A stretch of 64,000 nucleotides of DNA from Bdellovibrionales bacterium (GCA_964230645.1 CAXRHT010000001.1:512001-576000); one strand, 5' to 3'. Numbered from the stretch's first letter, positions 28,233 through 38,494 are shown. A program made the numbers and translations. The notes: generated from the sequence alone by a model not told the origin.

Positions 28233-29597
28233 ATGAAATTAAAACTAACATGTATTCTTTTTTTAATCTTATCTGCCTGCGGGATCGACAAAGAAAGTCC
28301 TCCTCCTCTCGCCTCTATTAACAATTCTGGTGAACTTGATCTTAGTTTTTTTAGCAATGGATTTTATAGCCTCGATGGTTCGGCGGGCTTAACAAACAGT
28401 CAAGATGAAATCTTTGATATGGTCATGGATGGGGAGGGACGCATTCTGGCTGTCGGAAGCTCGGTGAACTCCTCTGCTGATCTCGATATGGTCGTGTGGC
28501 GGCTAACAGCTTCTGGAACTTTGGATTCCTCCTTTAGTGGCAACGGCGTCTACAGTCATGACAATGCCGCGGGGGGCTCAGGTGATGACGTCGGTTATTC
28601 AATCACTGTGGATGACTCCAACAATATTTACGTGACCGGAACCTCTATGAATGGATCTGGAAATTTCGATATGGCTGTTTGGAAAATTACTGAAAGTGGC
28701 GCTTTGGACTCAAGTTTTAACGGCACCGGAGTCTTTATCCATGATAACGCCGCTGGTGGAAGCCTCAATGATCAAGGAAATAAAATAAAAATCGATCAAT
28801 CAAACAATATAGTTGTGGTTGGTTACTCGGATCAATCGGCGACCAACCGTGATCTTGCCATTTGGAGAATGAACGAGGCTGGCGTACTCGACCCAACTTT
28901 TGATACCGATGGGATCGTTACCCAAGACGGCTCAGCCGGCGGTGAAGATGACGTTGGAAATTCTTTTGCTTTTGATACCTCTGGAAACTTAGTCGTTGTG
29001 GGCCAAGGGGAATCCGCTTCAAACCCTGGAGATATGGTTGTATGGAAATACACCTCTAGTGGTATCCTTGATACAAGTTTTAATACAACGGGTATATTTT
29101 CACACAACGGCGCCGCTGGGGGCACAGGCTTTGATGCAGCCAACGATCTTGCAATCGACCATGATGGCAACTACATTGTCGCAGGTTACTCTCGAAATGG
29201 CGAAGGTAACACCGATATGACACTGTGGAAGCTCCAACCCGATGGAAGTTTTGATACAAGCTTTGCAAATTCAGGAATAGCTGTATTTGATGTTTCTGAA
29301 ATTCACGGAGGTTCCTCAAACGATACCGCCCAATCGATCCATATCGACGGAGCTAGAAATATTCTTGTGGCCGGAAATGGAAATCAAGACATGTGTATCT
29401 GGAGATTTGAAGAAAATGGCGAGCTCGATACTAACTTTAACGTTGATGGCTTCTTCTCCCATGATTCCGCCGCTGGAGGTTTTGGCATCGACAGTGGATC
29501 GGCTGTTGTTGAAGACATTTTTGAGCGCATCTATATTGGTGGCTCTTCGGAAAACGCCAGTGGCAACTATGATGCGACTTTCTGGAGAATGAAGTAA
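28233..29597 (+). CDS. Delta-60-repeat beta-propeller lipoprotein
   Basis: Lipobox LSAC. About seven ~60-aa repeats of D(M/L)xVW(R/K)xxxxGxLDxSFxxxG...HDxAAGG. Confidence 0.85.
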   Translation: MKLKLTCILFLILSACGIDKESPPPLASINNSGELDLSFFSNGFYSLDGSAGLTNSQDEIFDMVMDGEGRILAVGSSVNSSADLDMVVWRLTASGTLDSSFSGNGVYSHDNAAGGSGDDVGYSITVDDSNNIYVTGTSMNGSGNFDMAVWKITESGALDSSFNGTGVFIHDNAAGGSLNDQGNKIKIDQSNNIVVVGYSDQSATNRDLAIWRMNEAGVLDPTFDTDGIVTQDGSAGGEDDVGNSFAFDTSGNLVVVGQGESASNPGDMVVWKYTSSGILDTSFNTTGIFSHNGAAGGTGFDAANDLAIDHDGNYIVAGYSRNGEGNTDMTLWKLQPDGSFDTSFANSGIAVFDVSEIHGGSSNDTAQSIHIDGARNILVAGNGNQDMCIWRFEENGELDTNFNVDGFFSHDSAAGGFGIDSGSAVVEDIFERIYIGGSSENASGNYDATFWRMK

Positions 29598-29780
29598 GCG
29601 CTCCACAGCATTAAATCCCTACATCCCAAACACTACTGCCCATTTTTATAGCATACAGTTTATTAAGAGTGCCTTCTTAGGATTGCTCCTTGCAAGCCCT
29701 CAAAAGTAAAGGTAATTCCTAGGTTTTAAATGGATTTGGGTCTTCCGGGCCCAAGAGTAAATTATAACAAAGGTAGACTC

Positions 29781-31562
29781 ATGCTAAAGAATCTTGTTTT
29801 TATTTTAATGTTCCTCTGTATTAGCTGTACGCAGGAAGCCTCAAAAGAAAAACTATCGACTTCAGAGTTCTTAGAGGAAGCCAACAGCACTTTAAAAAAA
29901 GAATCCTACCTAACGAGTATTGCCCAATGGGTACAATCCAATTTTATCACACCTGACACAACAAAAATCGCAGCGGAATACAACGCCCGTTATTTTGAAA
30001 CCGCCACTAGGCTCGCGATTGAATCCAAGGACTATCGCGGCAAAGATCCAAAGCAGAAACGTATGCTTTCGGAAATATTAAAACATCTTACCGTTCCTTC
30101 CCCACGCAATCCTGCCTTGAATGCAAAATTAGCAAAACTCAGAAGTGAACTCGAAAGTCTTTATGGTAGCGGGAAATATTGTAAGACACCGCAAGACTGC
30201 CAGGGTTTAAAAGAGCTTGAAAAAATTATTGGAGAATCTCGTGACCCCGATGAACTCCTTGAAGCCTGGAACGGTTGGCGCACGATCGCCTACCCAATGA
30301 AGGATAAGTTTATTCAAACCGTCGAGCTTGGAAATCAAGGATCCCGTGATCTTGGCTTTGCTCAAATGTCTAATTTCTGGCGTACAAAATATGATTTAAC
30401 AGCTGATGATTTTGAAAAAGAATTGGACCGCCTATGGGGGGAAGTGAAGCCTTTTTATGAGCAACTGCATTGTTACGTCCGCTCGCAATTAAACAATAAG
30501 TACGGCGATGATGTCGTCCCCATGGATAAAGAAATTCCCGCTCACCTTCTTGGAAATATGTGGGCTCAGTCTTGGGATAAAATAATCGATATTGTTTCAC
30601 CAAAAGAAACTGCAACCGTCGATATTACCAAGCTTCTGGAAAAAAATAATTTTGACTCCAAGAAAATGGTGAAAACGGCCGAGAACTTTTTTGTTTCCCT
30701 CGGAATGCCCGAGCTTCCTAAAAGTTTTTATGAACGATCTCTTTTTGAAAAACCAGAGGATCGTGATGTGGTCTGCCACGCCAGCGCTTGGCATATTGAT
30801 AATGAAGATGATGTACGTATTAAAATGTGCATTGAACCTAACGAAGAAGACTTTCGTACGATTCACCACGAACTCGGTCACATTTATTATTATTTAGCTT
30901 ACAAAGGTCTTCCCTACGTCTTCCAAGGCAGTGCCAATGATGGTTTCCATGAGGCCATCGGCGATACCATTGAGCTTTCAATCACTGGAAAATATTTGAA
31001 AGACATTAATTTACTGTCCGATGAAAAAGCCTTCTCCACAGAAAGTGAGCAGGCTCTGCTACGCCTGGCTCTTGGAAAAGTGGCTTTCTTACCTTTTGGC
31101 CTAATGATTGATAAATGGCGTTGGCAAGTCTTTGATGGTCGCACACCACCCAGCCAGTACAACGAGCATTGGTGGAAATTAAGGCGTAAATATCAGGGTA
31201 TTCGAGCCCCTAACGAGCGTCCCTTACAGGCTTTTGACCCTGGAGCAAAATATCATATCCCAGCCTATACACCCTACTCCCGTTACTTTATTGCCCATAT
31301 TTTACAGTTTCAATTGCATCGCTCTCTTTGTAAAGAAGCCGGACACACTGGCCCCTTACACGAATGCTCCATTTTTAATAGTCAGCAAGCGGGACAACTC
31401 CTTTGGAAAATGATGAAAATGGGAAAAAGCAAGTCGTGGCCGAAGGCTCTTGAAGTGGTAACAGGATCCAAAAAAATGGATGCCTCTGCAATCAGAGACT
31501 ATTTCAAGCCACTGGAAACATGGTTGAAAGCACAAAACAAAAATTTAAAATGTGGTTGGTAG
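29781..31562 (+). CDS. Peptidyl-dipeptidase A / angiotensin-converting-enzyme-like M2 metallopeptidase (lipoprotein)
   Basis: PAHLLGNMWAQSW, VCHASAW, HHELGH, GFHEAIGD, FDPGAKYHIP and PYSRYF motifs. Lipobox CISC. Confidence 0.93.
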   Translation: MLKNLVFILMFLCISCTQEASKEKLSTSEFLEEANSTLKKESYLTSIAQWVQSNFITPDTTKIAAEYNARYFETATRLAIESKDYRGKDPKQKRMLSEILKHLTVPSPRNPALNAKLAKLRSELESLYGSGKYCKTPQDCQGLKELEKIIGESRDPDELLEAWNGWRTIAYPMKDKFIQTVELGNQGSRDLGFAQMSNFWRTKYDLTADDFEKELDRLWGEVKPFYEQLHCYVRSQLNNKYGDDVVPMDKEIPAHLLGNMWAQSWDKIIDIVSPKETATVDITKLLEKNNFDSKKMVKTAENFFVSLGMPELPKSFYERSLFEKPEDRDVVCHASAWHIDNEDDVRIKMCIEPNEEDFRTIHHELGHIYYYLAYKGLPYVFQGSANDGFHEAIGDTIELSITGKYLKDINLLSDEKAFSTESEQALLRLALGKVAFLPFGLMIDKWRWQVFDGRTPPSQYNEHWWKLRRKYQGIRAPNERPLQAFDPGAKYHIPAYTPYSRYFIAHILQFQLHRSLCKEAGHTGPLHECSIFNSQQAGQLLWKMMKMGKSKSWPKALEVVTGSKKMDASAIRDYFKPLETWLKAQNKNLKCGW

Positions 31563-31691
31563 AAAAAAAATAGTGAAAGCTTTTTTCAGTGGGCTAGAGA
31601 CAAAAGTCCATTGTTTCACCCGACCCAACCCCGTCACACAAGGCTTTGGTTAATATTCACCCAGCGGAATTGACCTTCAAACAAAAGCCTT

Positions 31692-32276
31692 GTGTACTAT
31701 GGATTCGTGAAGCTTTTGTTCTGGTGTTTTTTATTCTTAACTCTACTTTTGCAGGCTTGCGCTAGCACTCCTCCTCCTAAGCCCAAAAAGAAGTTCCTTC
31801 CAAAAAGTCAGTCGAGCTATTCTGATCGCAATTACCGCGTACAAAAGTATAACGATATCGATGTTAATGAACTCCTAGTAGAATTGGGTATGGATCACCC
31901 CATGGAATCGGTTGGCTTCAGGGAAAAATCCTTCAATACCTGTCAAATAGAGTCCAATCATTCTCCGGCCCCTCAGTGCCAACAGCTCTATATTTCTCGC
32001 CTGAACTTTCAGGTCATGTGTCGAAATTCCACTGGAACCGTTCAGTCAGTGCAACTCACTCCACTTTTTAGCAATAAGCTGCGCTGGAAAAATAAACATG
32101 GAAAAAGAGGTCTCACATCCACCAATGGTCGTGGGTACGGAAGTCTAGGCTTCATCTCCCAATACCCAGCCAATGATGGTTATCTTTATCTTTATTTAGG
32201 CTCCAAGATTGCTAGAAAACGTTTCCAAGACAAATGGAAGCTTATTTTGCCTATGAGTTGGTGTGACTCACAATGA
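31692..32276 (+). CDS. Hypothetical lipoprotein
   Basis: Lipobox LQAC, Pro/Lys linker and four Cys in the mature domain. Start could be the later GTG (VKLL). Confidence 0.7.
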   Translation: MYYGFVKLLFWCFLFLTLLLQACASTPPPKPKKKFLPKSQSSYSDRNYRVQKYNDIDVNELLVELGMDHPMESVGFREKSFNTCQIESNHSPAPQCQQLYISRLNFQVMCRNSTGTVQSVQLTPLFSNKLRWKNKHGKRGLTSTNGRGYGSLGFISQYPANDGYLYLYLGSKIARKRFQDKWKLILPMSWCDSQ

Positions 32277-32420
32277 AATAAAAAGACTGTACTTTTCCAA
32301 TCAAAACGTCTCAATCAAAAACGATTCCTGAGCTAAGACCTGAAAACAGCAAACATTTATTATTATTGGAAGTTTCTCTGCTATAATAATGATAAATCAT
32401 TTTGATAATTGGGCGCGTTT

Positions 32421-33572
32421 ATGATTTTAAAAGTAAGACTCTTATCACCAAAAGGAATGTCACTTGTTGAAGTGATGATTCTTGTCGTCGTTATGGGACT
32501 GGTCGGCCTGGGAACTGCGACCCTAATGAAAAATATGGTGGGTATCCAAAAACGCACAGACCTAAAATCTACAATCAATGAGATCAAAACCCAATTGGAA
32601 CAATATATTTTAGATGATACCGCCTGGAATCACTCGGTACAGTCAAACACGGAACTGGCATGCCTTAGAGACACCACACCCAATTGCACCCATAATGCTG
32701 ATGATATGAGTGCTGGTCCTTTTTTCTCGGGCTTTTCTGCTGGGCACTTTCAAATTTTTGATACACAAGGCAACGTTTTTTTACGAGGGTATTCAGGCAC
32801 GCCAAACGGAGGATTTTCTCCTGACGGTACTCGTTGTAACACTTTCGACGCTGATATTGGAGATGGAGATGACGACTGCCCTTTTCGATACAATGTGGCC
32901 GTCTGGTATAAGTGTGTGAACGGGCAACCCACCTGCTCAAGACCCCAAGTATTTGTTCGTGGAGAATTGGTTTATAACCCTGAAGACCCAGCAGCCCTTA
33001 ACGCAAGAATCAATGTCGACGACTATCGAATCGATTTACAGAGGGGCCGAGCCACCAGAGCCGATACTTTTCAAATCGTTCATGAAGACCCCTTTCCACC
33101 TTATTACCCAGTGGGAGACCAGGATGGTGGTGGAAATTGTTCTCCTGGGGCTGGAAACGAGGTGCCGCGATATTTTACCAATGAAACCTTTGATACGGGA
33201 GATAATGTGGAACTTCTAAATCCTGTCGCCAATAGAGGTTTCAGACGCTTTCGAATGCAAGCAGGAACTTATGAATGCAAGGTGGCCACTCAGAGTTTTG
33301 AAGCTCGACAAGGCTATAGTGTTTTTCTTTGGACTGTAGGAACTGGCAGACGCTTCCCCGCAGGCGGTGGCTTTGCGGGACCGAGTTCCACAGCGCACTC
33401 CACGGAATCTGTGAAATTGGTCCTTGATGATGAAACCACTTTTGAACTTCGCCACTTCTGTGCTGCCAGTTACAACACAGGCAGGGGCTGGGACTTAGGA
33501 ATTCCTCTACAGGGTTACACCACGGCTAACCCCACTGTTTACACCTCGATTACTTGCACAAGGTCCTCATAG
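32421..33572 (+). CDS. Prepilin-type (type IV pilin/pseudopilin) protein with large Cys-rich C-terminal domains, paralog 1
   Basis: KG|MSLVEVMI class III signal with E5 and a hydrophobic helix. Ends YTSITCTRSS. Confidence 0.85.
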   Translation: MILKVRLLSPKGMSLVEVMILVVVMGLVGLGTATLMKNMVGIQKRTDLKSTINEIKTQLEQYILDDTAWNHSVQSNTELACLRDTTPNCTHNADDMSAGPFFSGFSAGHFQIFDTQGNVFLRGYSGTPNGGFSPDGTRCNTFDADIGDGDDDCPFRYNVAVWYKCVNGQPTCSRPQVFVRGELVYNPEDPAALNARINVDDYRIDLQRGRATRADTFQIVHEDPFPPYYPVGDQDGGGNCSPGAGNEVPRYFTNETFDTGDNVELLNPVANRGFRRFRMQAGTYECKVATQSFEARQGYSVFLWTVGTGRRFPAGGGFAGPSSTAHSTESVKLVLDDETTFELRHFCAASYNTGRGWDLGIPLQGYTTANPTVYTSITCTRSS

Positions 33573-33591
33573 GAAAGGTTTTAGACAAGAT

Positions 33592-34719
33592 ATGATGAAA
33601 AAGATCTTTAACAGTCATTCAGGTTTTTCACTGGTCGAGCTCGTCGTCGTAATGGCTATTATAGGTTTGATGGGGCTTGGGACTTCAGCACTCGTCAACA
33701 ATCTTGTAAAAATGAATTCTAAAAGCAAAACCAAATCCAATATTATTTCCATCAAAGACCAAATTATGAAGACCTTGAAAGACGAGGCCTCTTGGCAAGA
33801 AACTGTCGACAACAACAACGCTTTGAGGTGTCTTAGAGAAGATAACAATACGCGCTGTAATGACAATCAGACCATCGTCAATTTTGATGTTTATATGAGG
33901 CCCAGACCGGCCCCTGCTCCTCCTCTCATTTACTACAGAGCCTCACAAGCGAGCCGTGGCTTCAATGATGACGGGAGCCAGTGTACCGGCTACAATGCCG
34001 GCGGCAATAACAACTGTGCCTTCCGTTACGATATTCGAGTTCGTCTGCGCTGTAATTATGGTGAGGCCACTTGCAAATCACCCGACATACATATTCAGGC
34101 CGACTTTAAATACAGTCCATCAAACGATCGACACGTCGCCAACAGTATGGAACTCACAGATGAAGGTGGAAGTGTTGATGCCAATTGGGAAGCCCGTGGT
34201 AAGATGGACTTTGAATTTCAAAAGTCTCAGCCCAACAAGCTTGATTCCTTTCAAATTATGTTCGCGACAACAAACGCTCCTGGAGGAAATTGTGATACAA
34301 ATGCCTGGAGACGAAGGCCGATAAACTACACTAACTTTAACCAAAACGGAGCCATTCTAGAACTCAATCGTCCCGGCGATTGGATCAGAATGAGAAGAGG
34401 TTTTTACAAATGCGAAATTAAGGCGGAAGCTTACGGATCCATCCAAGGTTTTAAAATTCGCTTGAGAAACATCACCTCTGGAGAAAACTGGGTGGTAGCT
34501 TCCGGTTACTCCGGCCCCGACACTTCCACAGTTGTTGTGGGTGAAGCGGATATTGAGGTCACAAACCCAAACCACCGATTTCAAATTCAACACTTTTGTA
34601 GACAAGACAATCCTCTTCATAATTTCGATATGGGAATTCCTAAGCCGGATTATAGTACTGACCTTGATGGTATCGGCATGAACCGTTTTACGATAATGAC
34701 ATGCACACGAAAGGGATAG
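33592..34719 (+). CDS. Prepilin-type protein, paralog 2
   Basis: SG|FSLVELVV. Same Cys pattern as its neighbours. Ends FTIMTCTRKG. Confidence 0.85.
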   Translation: MMKKIFNSHSGFSLVELVVVMAIIGLMGLGTSALVNNLVKMNSKSKTKSNIISIKDQIMKTLKDEASWQETVDNNNALRCLREDNNTRCNDNQTIVNFDVYMRPRPAPAPPLIYYRASQASRGFNDDGSQCTGYNAGGNNNCAFRYDIRVRLRCNYGEATCKSPDIHIQADFKYSPSNDRHVANSMELTDEGGSVDANWEARGKMDFEFQKSQPNKLDSFQIMFATTNAPGGNCDTNAWRRRPINYTNFNQNGAILELNRPGDWIRMRRGFYKCEIKAEAYGSIQGFKIRLRNITSGENWVVASGYSGPDTSTVVVGEADIEVTNPNHRFQIQHFCRQDNPLHNFDMGIPKPDYSTDLDGIGMNRFTIMTCTRKG

Positions 34720-34722
34720 CGA

Positions 34723-35901
34723 GTGACAAAGAATTTATTTAAAAATTTAAAATTTAAATCATTCTTGTCAAACCAGGATGGAATGTCGCTGGTTGAAATC
34801 ATGATTGTTATAACCATCATGAGTTTGGTTGGACTAGGAACCGCCACCCTTATGAAAAACATGGTGTCCATCCAACAAAGAACGGAACTAAAGAATGTGG
34901 CGAGTGTCCTCAAGTCTCGCATGGAAGAGTATATCCGCAGTGAGGATGCGTGGGAAGACACCGTGGCTAACCACAACCCCTTGCGCTGTACTCGCGCCAC
35001 CGCCAGCCCTTGTAATCATAACTCTGATAACCCACTAGCAGGAGTCTTTCTAGGTAGTCCATCAACCGCCAATTTTAACGTTTATGACAACACGGGAAAT
35101 ATATTCTCTCGTGGAGCTTCGGCCTCTGGAGGATTTACTCGTGAAGGAGAGCCCTGTAATAGCTTTAATGCCACCGCTGGAGCCGGTAATAATAACTGTC
35201 CTTTCCGCTATAATGTGGCCGCTTGGTTTTTCTGTTCGAATGGCGACGCCCAATGTGATCGCCCTGAGGTCACAGTGAAAGCGGAACTCGTTTTTAATCC
35301 ACGTGACAAATCAAAAATCAATGCCCGCATGAACACAAATGACTACCGCATTACCATAAAACGTCAGCAAAAGGTTCGCAGTGAGTCTTTTCGCATTGTC
35401 TATCAAGATCCTTGGCCAGGAGTAAACGCCGCTGATCAGATCGGGGGTGGTGAGTGCTCACCTACGGATACAGCCCCACAACGCTACCGGCCCTTCACTA
35501 ACATAGAGTACGATGAGGGAGGCAATGTCGCTTTGACCAATTGTACAGGAGCTGGTTGTCGCGTCTTCAGAGTTCAACCTGGGATCTACGATTGTAAAAT
35601 TACGACCCAAAGTTTTGAAGCCATTCGTGGTTACAAAGTCATATTAGAGGACGTAACGAACGCTCGAAACTTTCCCGCAGGAGGCGGATACGCCGGTACC
35701 GGAGCTACCGCTCATTCCACCCAACAGGTGAGCTTTGAACTAACAGCTCAAGCGAATTTCCGCCTTATTCATCAATGTATGGAAATTAGAAACCCCGTAT
35801 CCGGAGGTGTGGGTGGCTTTGACTATGGAATTCCTGTAAGGACCTATGGTGCAGGAAATCCCTCTATATACACGTCCGTTACCTGCACCCGATCTTCTTA
35901 A
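34723..35901 (+). CDS. Prepilin-type protein, paralog 3
   Basis: DG|MSLVEIMI. Shares LVGLGTATLMKNMV and CPFRYNVA with paralog 1. Ends YTSVTCTRSS. Confidence 0.85.
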   Translation: MTKNLFKNLKFKSFLSNQDGMSLVEIMIVITIMSLVGLGTATLMKNMVSIQQRTELKNVASVLKSRMEEYIRSEDAWEDTVANHNPLRCTRATASPCNHNSDNPLAGVFLGSPSTANFNVYDNTGNIFSRGASASGGFTREGEPCNSFNATAGAGNNNCPFRYNVAAWFFCSNGDAQCDRPEVTVKAELVFNPRDKSKINARMNTNDYRITIKRQQKVRSESFRIVYQDPWPGVNAADQIGGGECSPTDTAPQRYRPFTNIEYDEGGNVALTNCTGAGCRVFRVQPGIYDCKITTQSFEAIRGYKVILEDVTNARNFPAGGGYAGTGATAHSTQQVSFELTAQANFRLIHQCMEIRNPVSGGVGGFDYGIPVRTYGAGNPSIYTSVTCTRSS

Positions 35902-37880
35902 GTTTTCTTCTTTTTTATGGGTGGCTCAAACTCGAGCTGCTCGGCCGTAATTAAATGTAGATAGTGCAAATGCTTCTCGTACTGCCTTACAGCATCGGCA
36001 ATAATTTGCTCTCTATTGTACCCATACACATCATAGTCTTGCCCTCCCTGACGAGTGTAAACTTCAGCCCGAAAGTATTTGGCACTTTCAGAAGGAGTAT
36101 AATCAGGGACAACATATTGCTGAAGTCGAATACCGTAAGAGAAGTTTTCCACTCCCCGCTTTCTTATCACCAAGCGAAGAGCATCTGTTCTTTGATCATC
36201 CAAGTGAACATCAAATTGTTTGGCTTTCAACTCACTGACTAGCTCTTCAAGAGCTGGCTTGGCCTCTTCACTCATAAAGGTTCGTACCTGATCATAGCTT
36301 GGATAGTAAAAAAGCGTGTTTAATCTCTCTTTCCAGGATGCTGGCGAAGCTAAAGGGACAGAAACTTTGTGTTGTTGTACGGTACTGTATAGCGCGTAAT
36401 CTTCCTTCAGTGATTTCAAAAAAGAAAAGACTGCAATTACAATTAAAAAGATCATGGGAAAGGCGGAGGCAATCGTCATTGTTTGTAGAGCTTCCAAACC
36501 ACCGGCTAATAGTAAAACCGAGGCTACCACACCCTCTAAAACAGCCCAGTAAATTCTCTGCCACACCGGGGGCTCTTGAGCTCCTCCGGAAGCCAGTGTA
36601 TCGATCACCAATGAACCTGAGTCTGAGGAACTCACAAAAAATGTGACCACCAACAACAAACCGAGAAGTGACAATACATTGGAAAAAGGGAAAAACTCAA
36701 AAAACTTAAAAAGTGCCACAGGAACATTTTCATCCACCGCTCTTACCAAATCCACGGCTCCTCTTTCCAAAACAAGGTTAATCGCTGAGTTTCCAAAGAC
36801 AGTCATCCAAAAGAAGGTGAATCCTGTAGGAACAAACAAAACACCAGCCATAAACTCACGAATGGTGCGACCACGAGAAATCCGAGCAATAAAAATTCCA
36901 ACAAAGGGAGACCACGAAACCCACCATCCCCAGTAAAGAAGAGTCCAACCTCCAATCCAGGAGTCTTTTTTGTCATAAGCATAAAGATTGAAAGTTTTGT
37001 GAGTAATGTCTGAAAGGTAGGAACCTGTGTTCTCTACGTAAGATTTCATCAAAGCCCCAGTGTCCCCTAAAAAAAGAATGGTTAAAAGCAGGACCACGGC
37101 CAGAACCATATTAAGGTTTGAGAGTCTTTTAATCCCCCCATCTAGTCCAGCGACCACCGAGATAGTGGCAAGAGAGGTGATTCCTGCAATCAAACAAACT
37201 TGCACTGTTGCGGATTGAGGCATATCAAAAAGGTAAGACAGACCGGCGTTGACTTGTGTGACTCCAAATCCTAGAGAGGTTGCGACCCCAAAAAGTGTTC
37301 CAATCACACAAAAGGTATCCACCATATGACCAAAGCCGCCATAAATTCGTTTTCCCAAAAGGGGGAAAAATATGGAACGTGGTAAAAGAGGCAGGTTTTT
37401 TCGGTAAGAGAAATAAGCCAAAATCACGGCTAAGAGTGCATAGATCGCCCATGCATGCAGCCCCCAGTGGAAAAAGGTGATTCTCATCGCTTCTTTGGCA
37501 CTCTCGACAGTCTGTGGATCCCCAATAGGAGGAGCGGCAAAATGCATAATAGGCTCAGCAACTCCAAAAAAGAGAAGACCAATTCCCATCCCTGCGGAGA
37601 AGAGCATAGCAAACCAGCTCCCATAGGAATAATCAGGCTCTGAGTGGTTGGGTCCTAGTTTTATATCACCCATTCGACTGCACATAAGGTAAATGGCAAA
37701 AATCCCTATTCCAGCGACTCCTAAAATATAAATCCAACTGGCTTGCGCCACCAACCAATCCTGAATCGATTTGAAGAAGGCCTCCGCGAACTTAGGCCAA
37801 ATGGAACCTGTAACGGTGATCAGGAAAATGATAAAAGAAGAAGTGAAAAAAACAGGTTTATTGATCTGAGTTTCTTGAAT
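35898..37880 (-). CDS. betT: BCCT-family choline/glycine betaine transporter BetT with C-terminal cytoplasmic domain; probable non-canonical ATT start
   Basis: WFAMLFSAGMGIGL, FHWGLHAWAIY, WTLLYWGWWVSWSPFVG and SSDSGS motifs. The frame continues 42 codons upstream of the TTG at 37754 (IQETQINKPVFFTSS...) to ATT 37880, 6 nt after AGGAGG. Confidence 0.88.
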   Translation of the reverse strand: MQETQINKPVFFTSSFIIFLITVTGSIWPKFAEAFFKSIQDWLVAQASWIYILGVAGIGIFAIYLMCSRMGDIKLGPNHSEPDYSYGSWFAMLFSAGMGIGLLFFGVAEPIMHFAAPPIGDPQTVESAKEAMRITFFHWGLHAWAIYALLAVILAYFSYRKNLPLLPRSIFFPLLGKRIYGGFGHMVDTFCVIGTLFGVATSLGFGVTQVNAGLSYLFDMPQSATVQVCLIAGITSLATISVVAGLDGGIKRLSNLNMVLAVVLLLTILFLGDTGALMKSYVENTGSYLSDITHKTFNLYAYDKKDSWIGGWTLLYWGWWVSWSPFVGIFIARISRGRTIREFMAGVLFVPTGFTFFWMTVFGNSAINLVLERGAVDLVRAVDENVPVALFKFFEFFPFSNVLSLLGLLLVVTFFVSSSDSGSLVIDTLASGGAQEPPVWQRIYWAVLEGVVASVLLLAGGLEALQTMTIASAFPMIFLIVIAVFSFLKSLKEDYALYSTVQQHKVSVPLASPASWKERLNTLFYYPSYDQVRTFMSEEAKPALEELVSELKAKQFDVHLDDQRTDALRLVIRKRGVENFSYGIRLQQYVVPDYTPSESAKYFRAEVYTRQGGQDYDVYGYNREQIIADAVRQYEKHLHYLHLITAEQLEFEPPIKKKKT

Positions 37881-37954
37881 GATGCTCCTCCTGATCGAGT
37901 CAAACTAGAGATTTTGCTTTGTGTGTCCAATACTAACGAAGGGTGAATAAGGGG

Positions 37955-38494
37955 TCAATTGACTTGGTAGTGACAATCAAGTCTTTGAGCTTGTCCAGAA
38001 ACAATCTGAAACTTTGACCCGAAATCAATTAAGGCTAAACCCTCTCCTTTTTTCATAGCGACAAATCCTGTACCATCATTGGGATAGACTTGATAATGAA
38101 TAAGCGGCAGACGCCCGGACTCAGCTTCAAGCCATGTCGGGGCCCACCCAATCTCTACGCTTCCACTGCGACAGACTTTGTGAGCTTTTACTTGGCGACA
38201 ATCTCTTTCCACAAAATCTAGCAAAGCGCCTTGAATGACTACAGCCTGATTTTTTGGAAGCAACTGTATAAGAGCGTATTCTTTGTCATGGGAGCGAGCT
38301 AAAATGGCCGAGTCTAAAAACTCGACCAATTGAAACCTCTTAGAGTTCACCTCAAAATATCTATCTCTAGCCTCGATCACAACAGTCGATTGCTCAGACT
38401 GACAGGCTATAGCTTTTTCCTCCTGAAGAAGGCTTAAAGAAAATGACTTTTCTGATAGAGACAACAGAACAAAGAAAACAATTAATAGCCTCAT
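37955..38494 (-). CDS. Secreted hypothetical protein
   Basis: Signal peptide and four Cys. ATGA overlap with the upstream gene. Confidence 0.65.
   Translation of the reverse strand: MRLLIVFFVLLSLSEKSFSLSLLQEEKAIACQSEQSTVVIEARDRYFEVNSKRFQLVEFLDSAILARSHDKEYALIQLLPKNQAVVIQGALLDFVERDCRQVKAHKVCRSGSVEIGWAPTWLEAESGRLPLIHYQVYPNDGTGFVAMKKGEGLALIDFGSKFQIVSGQAQRLDCHYQVN

Noticed and set aside
28233..29597. RTX or ice-nucleation repeat protein
   Set aside because: The repeat period is about 60 aa with LDxSF motifs, not GGxGxD nonapeptides or octapeptide repeats.
32421..35901. Diversity-generating retroelement acting on the pilin-like genes
   Set aside because: No reverse transcriptase is present and I saw no near-identical template/variable repeat pair with adenine-specific differences. 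Divergence is spread along the genes.
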